Shown here: positions 1-13,013 of the stretch, in pieces
Numbering within the stretch: the first letter of the stretch is position 1
How the letters are laid out: the number at the start of each line of letters is the position of its first letter
From: the human T2T-CHM13v2.0 reference genome, Homo sapiens
Length of the DNA: 64,000 bases
NCBI RefSeq assembly: GCF_009914755.1
Contig: NC_060937.1
Strand: one strand, 5' to 3'
Program-made: the position numbers and the translations under genes
The notes under the pieces: model-generated
The model's input: only the letters and a program-made list of their open reading frames with translations
What the model was told of the DNA's origin: nothing
Databases searched by the model: none

Positions 1-264
1 TATATCACTCAATTATTTTTTGTCATAACAATATCTATAAAACACATAAATGGAAATTAGGACTAATCTAGTTTACTCCAGATAAGTGACTCAATAAAAT
101 AATTAAATTATTGATTTTTAAGTATTGATAACTTGACAGCACATTCAGTATTCAAAATTTCTTAAAACAAAATGTTGCTTATTACTTATTTTTTCTTTCT
201 CAGTTCTCCAGCTGTCATAGACTGTACCTAAGAATTACACCCTTTTATATAATGCATGGTCATT

Positions 265-480
265 AGTCAATGACAGTATATTATATTTTTGGAAAATGCT
301 GAGAGTGCATGTTGTGTTCTTGCCAAAAAAATAATAACTATGTGAGGTAAATTCATATCTCAATTAGCTAGATTAACCATTCCACAGTGTATATACACTT
401 CAAAGCATCATGTTGTATAACATAAATACATACAAATTTGACAATTTAAATAAATGCATACATTTAAAAACAAAAATAAA
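265..480 (+). mobile_element. L1MA-type LINE-1 3' end fragment
   Basis: 'ataactatgtgaggtaa...aattagctagattaaccattccacagtgtatatacacttcaaagcatcatgttgta' followed by an A-rich end resembles L1MA 3'UTR termini; subfamily from memory. Confidence 0.75.
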
Positions 481-1509
481 CAATTTAAAAGTCTCTTCAT
501 TGTGTCAACCTTTTTATAGAGTATAAATTATGCCATCATGGTTACTCAAAATTATTTTTGTAGTAGTGCAGTTTTTCTTTTAGTAAATCAGTAAATATAT
601 TCAGTTTCTGGCATATAACGGTAATGAAATTTAAGACTAACAAAGTATTTGCATGGACACATTATTTTTGTAAAGAATATATAATGTGTGATACCTCATA
701 TATCCACAAAAATAAAGAAACATTAGTAATTTATCTAGCTATTTTCACTTTCCTGATACACTTGAATGAGCTAATATATTTAAATGAGCAAAAGATAGTT
801 TTTCAGTTTGCTTGTTGCAAAAGTGTTGCTGAACATATAATTGAATTATCCACTGTTTTTCAAAAAGTAAGTGAGATACAAAAAGGTATGTAATAAGTGA
901 GATATAAAAGCTATGTATGATTGTATGCAATCAAATATTAATAATCTCCTTAGAAGAAAAACTATCACATTTTCAATATTAATATAGTAGTCTGGAATTA
1001 ATATGCATTTAAAGATAAAAGAATAGGAAATATGGTTTTACCAAGAAGTAATTTAAAAAAAAAGTCTCTTAGAGGAAGTTTAAAGCATATTTCTTCTAAA
1101 AATTGGTAACTACTGTTGATCTTTACATTGGAATTTTCCTTCAGCTTTTTATTTTATTTTGTTACTTTTTAGAACACCCTTTTACACTCTCTGACTGCAG
1201 GAAATGAAAGCATACGTCTAGAAAATTGTTAAATTCTCCATTTTAGATAACTATTTCAGAGGATTTATTCAAAGTGTATGCTAATGGGTATCTTTCTAAG
1301 GAAACAGATTCATGGTTTAAAATATCCACTTTCTCCCGGAAAAGGAAATAAACCTTTTACTGAATCACTGCGATGGAAGTAGTTGTTTAAATGAAGCCTT
1401 CCCAAACTCCAAAATAAGTTTGATAAAGTACTTACTAACTTGTCAAACCTATAGTTATTCAAGTTTTCAAGTACTCCTTGAAAGTATTCGTGGAAATATC
1501 TGAAATGGG

Positions 1510-1755
1510 TGCCCCAGACAGGAGGAACAAGTGTAAATCCTGGCAGGATGTTAATTGCGGAGGTACCTGTGTGCTTGGAGTCCATGGAGAAAGGGGCAGA
1601 ATGGTGAGATGAGGTCTGAGAGAAGAGCAGATATCCAAGACAGTGCAGGATATTATATTCTACGTGAAGATACTGGAATATTTTCAGATGGAAATAGGAA
1701 GCATCCAGTAGTTTGAGCAGAGCTGGAATCTAATCTGAATTACATTTTAATTAAA
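1510..1755 (-). mobile_element. L2 LINE fragment (degenerate)
   Basis: 'ggtgagatgaggtctgagag...ggaagcatccagtagtttgagcagag...atctgaattacattttaa' resembles antisense L2. Confidence 0.6.
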
Positions 1756-1914
1756 GTACACTGTATTATTTGCTGGAAAAATTAATAAAATAATATCAAA
1801 CATTCCAGATCAGTAAGTAACTTGTCCCTTTAAAGAGTGAAATTGCAAAGCTAAAACATTGCTCTTATATTACAGTGATATTTGTAAATTCTGAAGATAA
1901 ATTTAAAATTTAAA

Positions 1915-2266
1915 ATAGAGATAGAAAGTAGAAGGATGGTTACCAGAAGCTGAGAAGAATAGTTGGGGGATGGGAGAAAGGTGGGGGTGGTTTATGGGAA
2001 AAACAAAACAATTAGAAAAAAATGAATATAACCCAGTATTTGATTGAAAAACTGGGTGACTATTGTCAACAATAATTTAATTGTACATTCTAAAATAACT
2101 AAAAGAATATAATTGGATAGTTTGTAACACAAAGGATAAATGCTTGAGGGGATAGATACTCCCATTTTCCATGATGTGTCATAATGTATTGGATGCCTGT
2201 ATCAAGATATCTCATGTACCTTATAAATATATATATACACACAAAAATTAAATATTAAAAAATAAA
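1915..2266 (+). mobile_element. L1MA1/L1MA2-like 3' end
   Basis: 'agtagaaggatggttaccagaagctgagaag...ggtgactattgtcaacaataatttaattgtacatt...tttgtaacacaaaggataaatgcttgagggga' plus A-rich tail. Confidence 0.85.
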
Positions 2267-2375
2267 GAATTACATTTTGTGCCACTTGACCTGGTAAGCA
2301 TAAGTCCATGTCACCAAATTACTTTCCATTACTCCCAGTTGAAGCCTCTGCCAGCTCCTTCTTCATTGTGACAAA

Positions 2376-2450
2376 ACTCCAGCCTGGGTGACAGAGTGAG
2401 ACCCTGTCTCTAAAAAATAAAATAAAAATAAGAAAATAGTAAAAAAAAAA
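2376..2450 (+). mobile_element. Alu 3'-terminal fragment with A-rich tail
   Basis: 'actccagcctgggtgacagagtgagaccctgtctct' + A-rich tail; only about 35 nt of Alu body; no TSD seen. Confidence 0.85.
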
Positions 2451-4195
2451 TCTAGTAAACTTGTTTGATAGTTTTTCTTAAAGGGAATTTGTAGATAGGA
2501 ATTCATTTGAACCTGAAAAGAACAGGCTAAGTGTATATGTTATCTTTTTTTAATATACTGCTTGATGAATCTGAGCAACTTGATGAATGTGAAGATTTCA
2601 TCACATTTGGCAAGTGGGTATTTTAATAGGTGAAATGATTTATAATTGTGGGCAGGGACATGTTGCCTTTCTAGTTTCTTGGAGATACTGCATCTTCTTG
2701 TGTGTTGGTAAGAATGGATTGTGAATAGGATGTTGGGGGCACTCACAGTTAAAACTTTATTACATGTAATTATGAAAACCATTTGTGGTAGTAAATCCCT
2801 AATACAAGATCCACTTAATTGTCTATCCCTGTCTTGATTCTCAGTAATCTACTATTCTTAAATTTCTGGATTTTTTTTCTTCTTACACAGTGATTTTTAC
2901 CTCTCTTCAGGGTATTTCTTTCTAAAACGTGCACTCAGTACTTACAAGTGGTATATAAAATTATTCTCCTAAACAAAGACAAGTTATTTCCAAAAGATAA
3001 AACCTGATAAAATAAGTTTTATCCTCTCACATATACAAGGCACAAAGAAATTACACTAAAACATTTAATGAAAATAAGGATAATTTTAAAATCACATTGT
3101 ATAATACAATCTGAAATAAATATTGTGTAGTTAAAAAAAAGTGGTTAAAAATCTACATTTGCAAAGTAGATATAGCATAGCTCTTCTGTTCTAATTTACC
3201 ACTGTTAGAGAGAAAATATGATAATATTGAACAATATGTTTTAAAGAAAATTTTAGAAAAAAATCCACTACATGTTTCCCTGAGTGTCTGAAAAAAAAGT
3301 ATATATTCTTGAACAGTGAAATATACTCTGCACATTTTATGTATCTCTGTAGCTTTCAAAAGACAATTAATTCCTATCTAAATATGAAGTCATAAGTCTA
3401 GTAACTAATTAAAACAAGAATAAATTCCATGCCTATGCCATCTGCAACACATCCTCATTATAACCCCTAAGTGTGAAAGAACATGAAAATGTAATGTCCA
3501 ATACAAAATTATTGAATTTTTATTTTGTTTTTATTATTGATTTAATTAATACTTTTGCCTGAATGTGGAATTCTTAAAGTATAGTCTTCTTTTTATTTCA
3601 GTTCTAAGTATAATCAGTATTACTTAGTATCATAGTATGGTTACTATTGCAAGATGTAAATAAAAATAGAAGGTCCTTTTTATATTTGTTCTTAGCTTTG
3701 TGAATAGACTTTGATGGCATCTAAGTTTTGGTGCATCTTACAAGTCTGATTTGAACCTGTTTCCATATAATAAGTAAACAGATGTAAAATAATCTGTTTT
3801 TTCCCCCAACAAAGCACACATAGACTTTGAGAGATTGAAATATTTTTTTTTTTCTGAAGTCAAAGCAATGTTCTAACAAAGGATGCTATCTCAGAAGTTT
3901 ACAACTTGAGAAGTCAATAGGTTTTCCTTCAGCCTCTCACTGTTTATCACAGGCTGTTGTGCTATAATCTTCCTGTCAGTTTATCAACTTTGCTACTCTG
4001 CTTTTACATTGTGTGACTCAACAATTAAGGTAACATCAACACACATGGCCAACTATTTCAACTATTTTCCACCTTAAATATTTTCTGCAATCCAAAGTAT
4101 ACAAAATATAAGGACTTTATATCTTTTGGCTTCTCTAGTTTTATTAAAGTCAAAAAAGCAGAGATATTGTATGGAATTAAATCAACAAGCTTTCC

Positions 4196-4320
4196 ATTTA
4201 ATTCATTTATTCATTTAATAAATATTGATTGAGAGTAAGCTATATATGGCAAGTATTATGCAAGGTATTTGGATACATTGGTGAATTAGGCAGGCTTATT
4301 CATAATCTCATGCTATTTAT
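4196..4320 (-). mobile_element. L2 3' end fragment
   Basis: 'attcatttattcatttaataaatattgattgag...ggcaagtattatgcaaggtatttggataca' is typical of an antisense L2 3' terminus. Confidence 0.7.
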
Positions 4321-4568
4321 GGTCTTGTCAATAGCGTTTACTGTGTAATTTACTTTACACTGGACAGTGTACTAAGAGTGTCTATGAGAAAGCACCAATA
4401 GTCCTTGAGTACTTTTGAAACTAAAGAAGAAAGATTATCATTAGAGGCAATTTGGAAAATAATCAGTGTATTGGAGGTAACTGAATTCATAGGCATAATG
4501 AGGCCACTGAAATAATTTAGTAAATTTTCAGGGGTTACACAAATGTTAGGTAGCATATTTTCTTAATC

Positions 4569-4593
4569 TGTGTGTGTGTGTGTGTGTGTGTGT
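4569..4593. repeat. (TG)n microsatellite
   Basis: Directly visible TG run. Confidence 0.95.
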
Positions 4594-4844
4594 AATTTTG
4601 CATATGAGAACCTGGCAAATTGTAAAAAGTGAATTCAGTTTATATTATGTTATATTAGTAAGAGCTTTTAAAATTTATTTATGTATGTTCTATGTCTAAC
4701 AAAAGTATTAAAAAATAATTGATGATTGGAGAGCAAAATAGACAAAGGCTATTCAGGAAAGTGTTGATTATTTAGTTATCACACCTGAAATTTTCTCAGC
4801 TTGAAAAGAAAATAAATCAGTTTATTTCCTAATTTACATTTTCT

Positions 4845-5521
4845 TTTTTAAAAAATTAAATTAAATTTAATTTTAAATTCCGAGATACATGTGCAGGATG
4901 TGCAGGTTTCTTACAAAGGTAAACCTGTGCCAAGAAACATGAAAAAAAGCTCATCATCACTGGTCATTAGAGAAATGCAAATCAAAACCACAATGAGATA
5001 CCATCTCATGCCAGTCAGAATGGCAATTATTAAAATGTCAGGAAACAACAGATGCTGGCAAGGCTGTGGAGAAATAGGAACCCTTTTACACTGTTGGTGG
5101 GAGTGTAAATTAGTTCAACAATTGTGGAAGACAGTGTGGCAATGTCTCAAAGAGCTAGAACCAGAAATACCATTTGACCCAGCAATCCCACTACTGGGTA
5201 TATACCCAAAATAATATAAATCATTCTATTATAAAGATGCATGTATGCATATGTTCATTGCAGCACTATTCACAAGGGCAAATACATGGAATCAACTCAA
5301 ATGCCCATTAATGGTAGGCTAAATGAAGAAAATGTGGTACATAGACACAATGGAATACTATGCAGCCATAAAAATGAATGAGATCATGTCCTTTGCAAGA
5401 ACATGGATGAGCTGGAAGCCATTATCCTCAGCATACTAACAGAGGAACACAAAATCAAACACCACATGGTCTCACTTATAAGTGGGAGTTGAATGAGGAG
5501 AACAAATAGGTGCAGTAAACC
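4845..5521 (-). mobile_element. 5'-inverted, truncated L1PA (older L1PA8-13 type) with 18-bp TSD
   Basis: Minus-strand tail and 3' end at 4845-4932 ('gagatacatgtgcaggatgtgcaggttt'), then plus-strand ORF2 C-terminus and 3'UTR at 4933-5521 (ORF 4891..5214 contains '[13 protein letters not shown]...[10 protein letters not shown]...[16 protein letters not shown]'). TSD tcctaat(t/c)tacattttct at 4827-4844 and 5522-5539. Confidence 0.93.
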
Positions 5522-5571
5522 TCCTAATCTACATTTTCTAAATACTGACTAATCTCAAGACTACTTGAAAG

Positions 5572-5772
5572 CAGGGAAATTCAGCACTGTTAACATTTTG
5601 GACTGGATGACTCTTCGTTGTGGGGGTCTGTCCTGTGCCTCATAGGATGGTTAGTAACATTCCTGGCCTCCACCTGCTATGTTCCAACAACTTCAGCTCC
5701 CTTCTCGAACTGCAGACCTTGCCAAATGAACCCTGTAGGGCATGCAAAATTACCCATGGTTGATAATCAATA
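5572..5772 (-). mobile_element. MER20 (hAT-Charlie non-autonomous DNA transposon)
   Basis: 'cactgttaacattttggactggatgactcttcgttgtgggggtctgtcctgtgc...ggatggttagtaacattcctggcctc...ttgccaaatg...gcaaaattacccatggttgataatca' fits MER20 as remembered. Confidence 0.85.
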
Positions 5773-8700
5773 ACTTAGAAAACCTGTCAGCAGAAAATGG
5801 TGTTGATAACAGTTATTTTGTCCTATTTTATCTTTTGTTTTCACAATTCAAATAAAATATGAAATGACCTTTAAAAAATTTAGTTATGATGTGCATTGAA
5901 CTCACTTATTGGTTGCAAAGTGGATTATTACATTTTTATAAGGTATTTTTAATATTAAATATGACATAAAAATTCTATTTTTAGCTTTGCTAAAAAGGTG
6001 ACATTGAGAAACCTTACATGAAATATATGATGTCTTAAGAAATATAGACAAATTTGAAGAAGCCAAGTTCAAAGGAAAATTTTAAAATAGGGTAAAAGGG
6101 AAGTAAACTGAAAGCAGGAAGTTCTGATTTTTCTATAAATATGGCAATGGTGTTTTCCTTCTACAAATAAGCTTTGAAAAATAAAGGAAAGCTCATAAGC
6201 ATGCTTGAGACAGAATGTAATTTTAAAAAATCTCAACACAAAAAAGTTAATAAAATGTTTGCGGAATCTCATCAAAACCAGTGTATAGTTTTCTGAGAGT
6301 TATGCTGATTATTGTTCTTGCTCTCCAGACTTATGTTCAATGCATTTGCATAAAATGTTATGGTGATAATATATATTTTCCATCTATAAACAATCATCAC
6401 TATGTCCTTAACTCTCTCTTGTATGTGCAAGAACTTATAAAAATGCTTCTACAAATTTTTATTCTGTCGTCAACATGAAAATAGAATTAACTTGCTTTGG
6501 GGCATTCCTGGTTCAATTTCAATCCTATGAAAATAAGGTAAAAAAGAAAGGAATTGAAGAGAAAAGAAAACGTTTATCTCTATATGTTTCAATTGTCTCA
6601 TCTGCCTAATGAGGATATTGCATTTGATAAAACTACTGAAAATAAAATTTCATGAAATGCAGTATATAGTTAATACTGTTTTTAAAAAACTAACAGTATT
6701 TTGCCGGTATCAAAACTTACATGAAATGTAAGTTGGCCTTCCAACTTACATGAAACATGTTCGTTTGTGCCGGCAACTTGAGTATTGTCTCATTCAGGCA
6801 TTTTTATGTTAATAAAATTTATTGTTACAGACTTGTGTATGGCTCCAGGAACTGCGTTAAATGTTTTGTTTTCATTAACAACTAATATTTTGTTAATACT
6901 TTTAATACTTTTGTAGGTATGTTTCCATGCTCTCTTATGTTTGTGATGCTTTGCAAATGTCACATGGAAAAATGTTGGTATTATTGGAACTAAGTTAGTT
7001 TAGAATAATAACCAGTTGCCTTGTTGCAATTAATTGTAGTTGCTGATCTTACTATATCTAAGAATTGACCATTTAGCTCATATCTAAGGAAGTACCTGTA
7101 AATCAATAGTTTTCTGTGCAATAATTATGAATATACTCTTACAGATGTAAGCATTTTTAAAATGACAAAATGTAAAGTTAGTTAAAGACTCTTTTATGAT
7201 ATGTACAGCCTTCTTGCTATGTATCCCTTAATATGTTTTTATTTCCATTTCAGTTACTTCATTATCCTTCAGCCAAAAAATATTATCTCTTACACCACAA
7301 ATATTATCTCTAAATTATTCAGATTTTAACATCAATGTCTTTTGAAACCAAGATATTCATTCATTTCAGTAAATAACTTCAGCTTTTAAAAAAGTCGTAC
7401 CACATTTTCAGATTCCTACAGAGATCCTGGAGTCCTTCTATTCTGTCAAAGTTCCAGAGAATGTCCTGGATTTCTGTCTACACATGGGATGCTAATTGCT
7501 CCTTTGAAAGCCAATGCTAAGTTTTCAGTTTCTATGATCTTCTTGAGAGAATGGGAACCTGCCCAATGTCCAGTCTCCCTAGGCAACAAGTGGGTATATT
7601 CCTTCCTAGGATATACCACCTGCCAGGTGCAATTGCCAATATGATGTGTGGCCAAAAATCTTGTGAAAATTTGTAATAAAATGTAACTGGCTAAAAGAAA
7701 ATTTGTTAAGTTGAATGATTATTAAATTTAAAGGCTTTCCTATTTACAAAATACATATTTTAAGTATTTATGCAGTTTACAACAAATTATATAGAATGGG
7801 GTAATTTTAGTAGCTTCTGAGTCTTCCTCCTGAATTGCAGATGGTCAATTTAGAGTTTCAGTGTAGTTTAATTTTAATTGTAATTTTTTTAAATTTGCCT
7901 GAAGCAGTTTTATGACACCAATTCCACTGTGGACAAAATATAGCATACTTTTGAGTTTCTCTAGACATTGGTTTGATGATATTTGGTAATGCATTTGTTG
8001 TATGTTTTGATTTTCAAGTGTTTCCAATGGTTGGATGTCAATGCTTTTATAAATCATGAAATGCTCCTAATTTAAACACATTTTCAATCCCAGTCCAGAA
8101 ATGTAACTAACTTGATCAGATGTTCATTTTGTGTATTTTGGGGAAAAATGAGATGTTCAGTGTCTGAAATGTGAATAGATATACACTGGCATACAATTCA
8201 GCTATCCCTCAAAACCATAGCTAATCAGCTAAATCAAAGGCCTGGGATTTTGAAAGAATCACATTAAAATTAAAACTGAATTGAATTGAACTTCAAAAAT
8301 ATTCAAAGGTGGTTGAAACCATCCCGTGCTGTACAATTTGCTTAAAAACTTTGTAAATATTTAACAAGAACATGTTTTTGATAACATGGAACTTGGCAAG
8401 CATAATGGGTTGTTTTAGGTGAATTAATTCACAGTCAAATGGATTCCAAAGTGTAAGGGGCTTCCCTAATGGGACACCAAGCAAAGGCTCATAAATAAGC
8501 TCAAGCTTTCATATTCATACAAAAATGAGGCTTGTTTTCAATAGTTTCCTCTATCTGTCTTGCTAAAGTATTTTAGGCAAGGACATAAGAAAGCCTGAGG
8601 CTTCCTTTGGTATGGAAGATAAGAGGAAAGTACTTATTAAATATGGAAAGCAAGTAAGTATTATATTGTATTGTTTTTTCCTTCAGAATTTAATGAAATT

Positions 8701-9639
8701 ATATATAATGCATTTGTAACAGGTTATACATACTAGAGTAATTATTTCCCTATCATACGATTGATGCTTTGTCCTTGTCTGTACTGTAAAATAATTGTCA
8801 GTGCTTTAGGGATAAAGAAATTGGTGTGTAAAACATTGTATTAGCTGGTTACCTATTCCACACAATTACACCTGTAAAATAGTTAAAGCATATTTACATT
8901 CTCTCAGTAATTAATTGTTACTAATGCATAACTGTTAGCTATTTTTACTGAAATGTTATATATAGTTTCCTTGCCAAAGGCCAAAAAAGGAAATAGTTTA
9001 GGAAAAATGACATTTGAGAGTATGACAAAAGGCCTAATCACATATGCATTTCACATCAAACTTGTGTCTTGCTACCTCCACAACTGCAACCATTTAAAAC
9101 AGAGGGTGAACTCCTTTCTTTTGTATTCTTCAGACCTCTTTATTAGGAGCCTTGAAAGAATGTATTTGAGTCTCTCAGATTACAATACATTTTTAACCCC
9201 AAACCAATGAATCACTCATATTTTCAACTTTATTTGTGATTTTAAATTAAGCACAGTGTAAATACGATCAATAAATTTGCTATACAGACTTACAGTATGC
9301 TTAGCGAGAATGAAAATTTGCTACTCAATATCATTGCCATTTTTTCTTTACTGTTCTTTGCTTCATGCATTTGCTATGCATTTTATTTTTTATTATTTAT
9401 ATTTTTGTATTTTTGCATTTTTTGATATACTTTAAGTTCTGGGATACATGTGCAGAATGTGCAGGTTTGTTACATAGGTAGGCACATGCCATGGTGGTTT
9501 GCTACCCCCTCAACCCGTCATCTGCATTAGGTGTTTCTCCTAATGCTATCCCTCCACTAGCCCCCAACCCCCCGACAGGCCCCGGTGTGTGATGTTCCCC
9601 GCCCTGTGTCCGTGTGTTCTAATTGTTCAACTCCCACTT

Positions 9640-12600
9640 ATGAGTCAGAACATGTGGTGTTTGGTTTCCTGTTCCTGTGTTACTTTGCTAAGAATGGTGG
9701 TTTCCAGCTTCATCCATGTTCCGGGAAAGGACATGAACTCATCCTTTTTTATGGCTGCATAGTATTCCATGGTGTATATGTGCCACATTTTCTTTATCCA
9801 GTCTATCATTGATGGGCATTTGGGTTGGTTCCAAGTCTTTGATATTGTGAATAGAGCTGCAAAAAACATATGTGTGCATGTGTCTTTACAGTAGAATGAT
9901 TTATAATCCTTTGGGTATATAATCCTTTGGGTAATGGAATTGCTGGGTCAAATGGTATTTCTGGTTCTAGATCCTTGAGGAATTACCATACTGTCTTCCA
10001 CAATGGTTGAACTAATTTACACTCCTACCAACAGTATAAAAGTGTTCCTATTTCTCCACATCCTCTCCAGCATCTGTTGTTTCCTGACTTTTTAATGATC
10101 ACCATTCTAACTGGTGTGAGATGGTATCTCATTATGGTTTTGATTTGCATTTCTCTAATGACTAGTGATGATGAGCTTTTTTTCATATGTTTCTTGGCAG
10201 CATAAATGTCGTCTTTTGAGAAGTGTTTGTTCATATCCTTCGTCCACTTTTTGATGGGGTTGTTTTGCTCTTGTAACTTTGTTTAAGTTCCTTGTAGATT
10301 CTAGATATTAGCCCTTTGTCAGATGGATAGATTGCAAAAATTTTCTCCCATTCTGTAGGTTGCCTGTTTACTCTGATGATAGTTTCTTTTGCTGTGCAGA
10401 AGCTCTTTAGTTGAATTAGATCCCATTAGTCAATTTTGGCTTTTGTTGCCATTGCTTTTGTTGTTTTAGTCATGAATTACTTGCCTATGCCTATGTCCTG
10501 AATGGTATTGCCTAGGTTTTCTTCTAGGGTTTTTATGGTTTTAGGTCTTACATTTAAGTCTTTAATCTATCTTGAGTTAATTTTTGTATAAGGTGTAAGG
10601 AAGGGGTCCAGTTTCAGTTTTCTGCATATGGCTAGCCAGTTTTTACAACACCATTTAATAAATAGGGAATCCTTTCCCCATTGCTTGTTTTTGTCAGGTT
10701 TGTCAAAGATCAGATGGTTGTAGATGTGTGGTTTTATTTCTGAGGCCTCTGTTCTGTTCCCTTGGTCTATATATCTGCTTTGGTACCAGTACCATGCTGT
10801 TTTGGTTACAGTAGCCTTGTAGTAGAGTATGAAGGCAGGTAGCATAATGCCTCTAGCTTTATTATTTTTACTTAGGATTGTCTTAACTATACAGGCTCAT
10901 TTTGTTTCCATATGCAATTTAAAGTAGTTTTTTTCTAATTCTGTGAAGAAACTCAGTGGTAGCTTGATGGGGATAGCATTGAATCTATATATTACTTTGG
11001 GCCGTATGGACATTTTTGCATTATTGATTCTTCCTATTCATGAACATGGAATGTTTTTCCATTTGTTTGTGTCCTTATTTCCTTGAGCAGTGGTTTGTAG
11101 GTCTCCTTGAAGAGGTCCTTCACATTCCTTGTAAATTGTATTCCTAGCTATTCTATTCTCTTTGTGGCAATTGTGAATGGAGTTCACTCATGATTTGGCT
11201 CTCTGTTTGTCTGTTATTGATGTATAGGAATGCTTGTAATTTTTGCACGTTGATTTTGTATCCTGAGACTTTGCTGAAGTTACTTATCAGCTTAAAGAGA
11301 TTTTGGGCTGAGACAATGGGGTTTTCTAAATATAAAATCATGTCAAATGCAAACTGAGGCAATTTGACTTCGTCTCTTCCTATTTGAATATGCTTTATTT
11401 GTTTCTCTTGCCTGATTGCCCTGGCCAGAACTTCCAATACTCTGTTGAATAGGAGTGGTTAGAGAGGGTACTCTTGTCTTGTGCCGGTTTTCAAAGGAAA
11501 TACTTCCAACTTTTGCCCATTCAGTATGGCTGTGGGTTTGTTATAAATAGCTCTTATTATTTTGAGATACTTCCATCAATACCTAGTTTATTGAGACTTT
11601 TTAGCATGAAGGGTGTTGAATTTTATTGAAGGCCTTTTCAGCATCTATTGAGATAATCATGTGGTTTTTGTCATTGGTTCTGTTTGTATGATGGATTATG
11701 TTTATTGATTTGTGTATGTTGAACCAGCCTTGCATCCTAGGGATGAAGCTGACTTGATCGTGGTGGATAAGCTTTCTGATGTGCTGCTGGATTCGGTTTG
11801 CCAGTATTTTATTGAGGATTTTCACATTGATGTTCATCAGCGATATTGGCCTGAAATTTTTTGTTGTTGTGGGTCTGCCAGGTTTTGGTATCGGGATGGT
11901 GCTGGTTTCATAAAATTAGTTAGGGAGAAGTCCTTCTTTTTCTATTGTTTGGAATACTTTCAGAAGGAATGGTACCAGCTCCTCTTTGTACCTCTGCTAG
12001 AATCCATCTCGTCCTAGGCTTTTTTTGGTTGGTAGGCTATTAATTACTCCATCATTTTCAGAACTTGTTTTTGGGCTATTCAGGGATTAGACTTCTTCCT
12101 GGTTTAGTTTTGGGGTGGAGTTGTATGTGTCCAAGAATTTATCCATTTCTTCTAGACTTTCTAGTTTATTTGCATAGAGGTGTTTACAGTATTCCCTGAT
12201 GGTAGTTTGTATTTCTGTGGGATCAGTGGTGATCTCCCCTTTATCATTTTTTATTATGTCTATTTTATTCTTCTCTCTTTTCTTCTTTATTAGTCTGGCT
12301 AGCTTTCTATCTATTTTGCTAATCTTTTCAAAAAACCAGCTCCTGAATTCATTGATTTTTTGAAGGGTTTTTCATGTCTCTATCTCCTTCAGTTCTGCTC
12401 TGATCGTAGTTATTTCTTGTCTTCAGCTAGCTTTTGAATTTGTTTGCTCTTGCTTCTATAGTTCTTTTAATTGTGATGTTAGGGTGTTGATTTTAGATCT
12501 TTCTCACTTTCTTCTGTGGGTATTTAGTGAAATAAATTTCACTCTAAACACTGCTTTAGCTGGGTCCCAGTGATTCTGGTACGTTGTGTCTTTGTTCTCA

Positions 12601-12794
12601 TTGGTTTCAGAGAACTTCTTAATTTCTCCCTTAATTTAATTATTTACTGAGTAGTCATTCGGGAGCAGGTTGTTCAGTCTCCATGTAGTTGTGCGGTTTT
12701 GAATGAGTTTCTTAATCCTGAGTTCTAATTCGATTGCACTGTGGTCTGAGAGACTGTTTGTTATTATTTCTGTCCTTTTGCATTTGCTGAGGAG
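9640..12794 (-). pseudogene. L1 ORF2p remnant (post-endonuclease, RT, C-terminal region), multiply disrupted
   Basis: ORF fragments '[28 protein letters not shown]', '[15 protein letters not shown]', 'LARAIRQEK...[13 protein letters not shown]' (FADD decayed to FAFD), '[13 protein letters not shown]' and 'IKKMWHIYTMEYYAAIKK' in separate frames. Confidence 0.93.
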
Positions 12795-13013
12795 AAAGGC
12801 AGCAATATTTGTCATTCTGCAGCCTCTGCTGATGATACCCAGGCAAACAGGGTCTGGAGTGGACCTCCAGCAAACTCCAGCAGACCTCCAGCAGACAGGC
12901 CTGACTAACAAACAGAAAGGAATAGTATCAACATCAACAAAAAGGATGTCCAGGCAAAAACCTCATCCAAAAGTCACCAGCATCAAAGACAAAAGGTAGA
13001 TAAATCCATGAAG

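Noticed and set aside
8419-8432. 14-bp perfect palindrome gtgaattaattcac
   Set aside because: A palindrome this size is expected by chance in 64 kb of AT-rich DNA; no supporting context.
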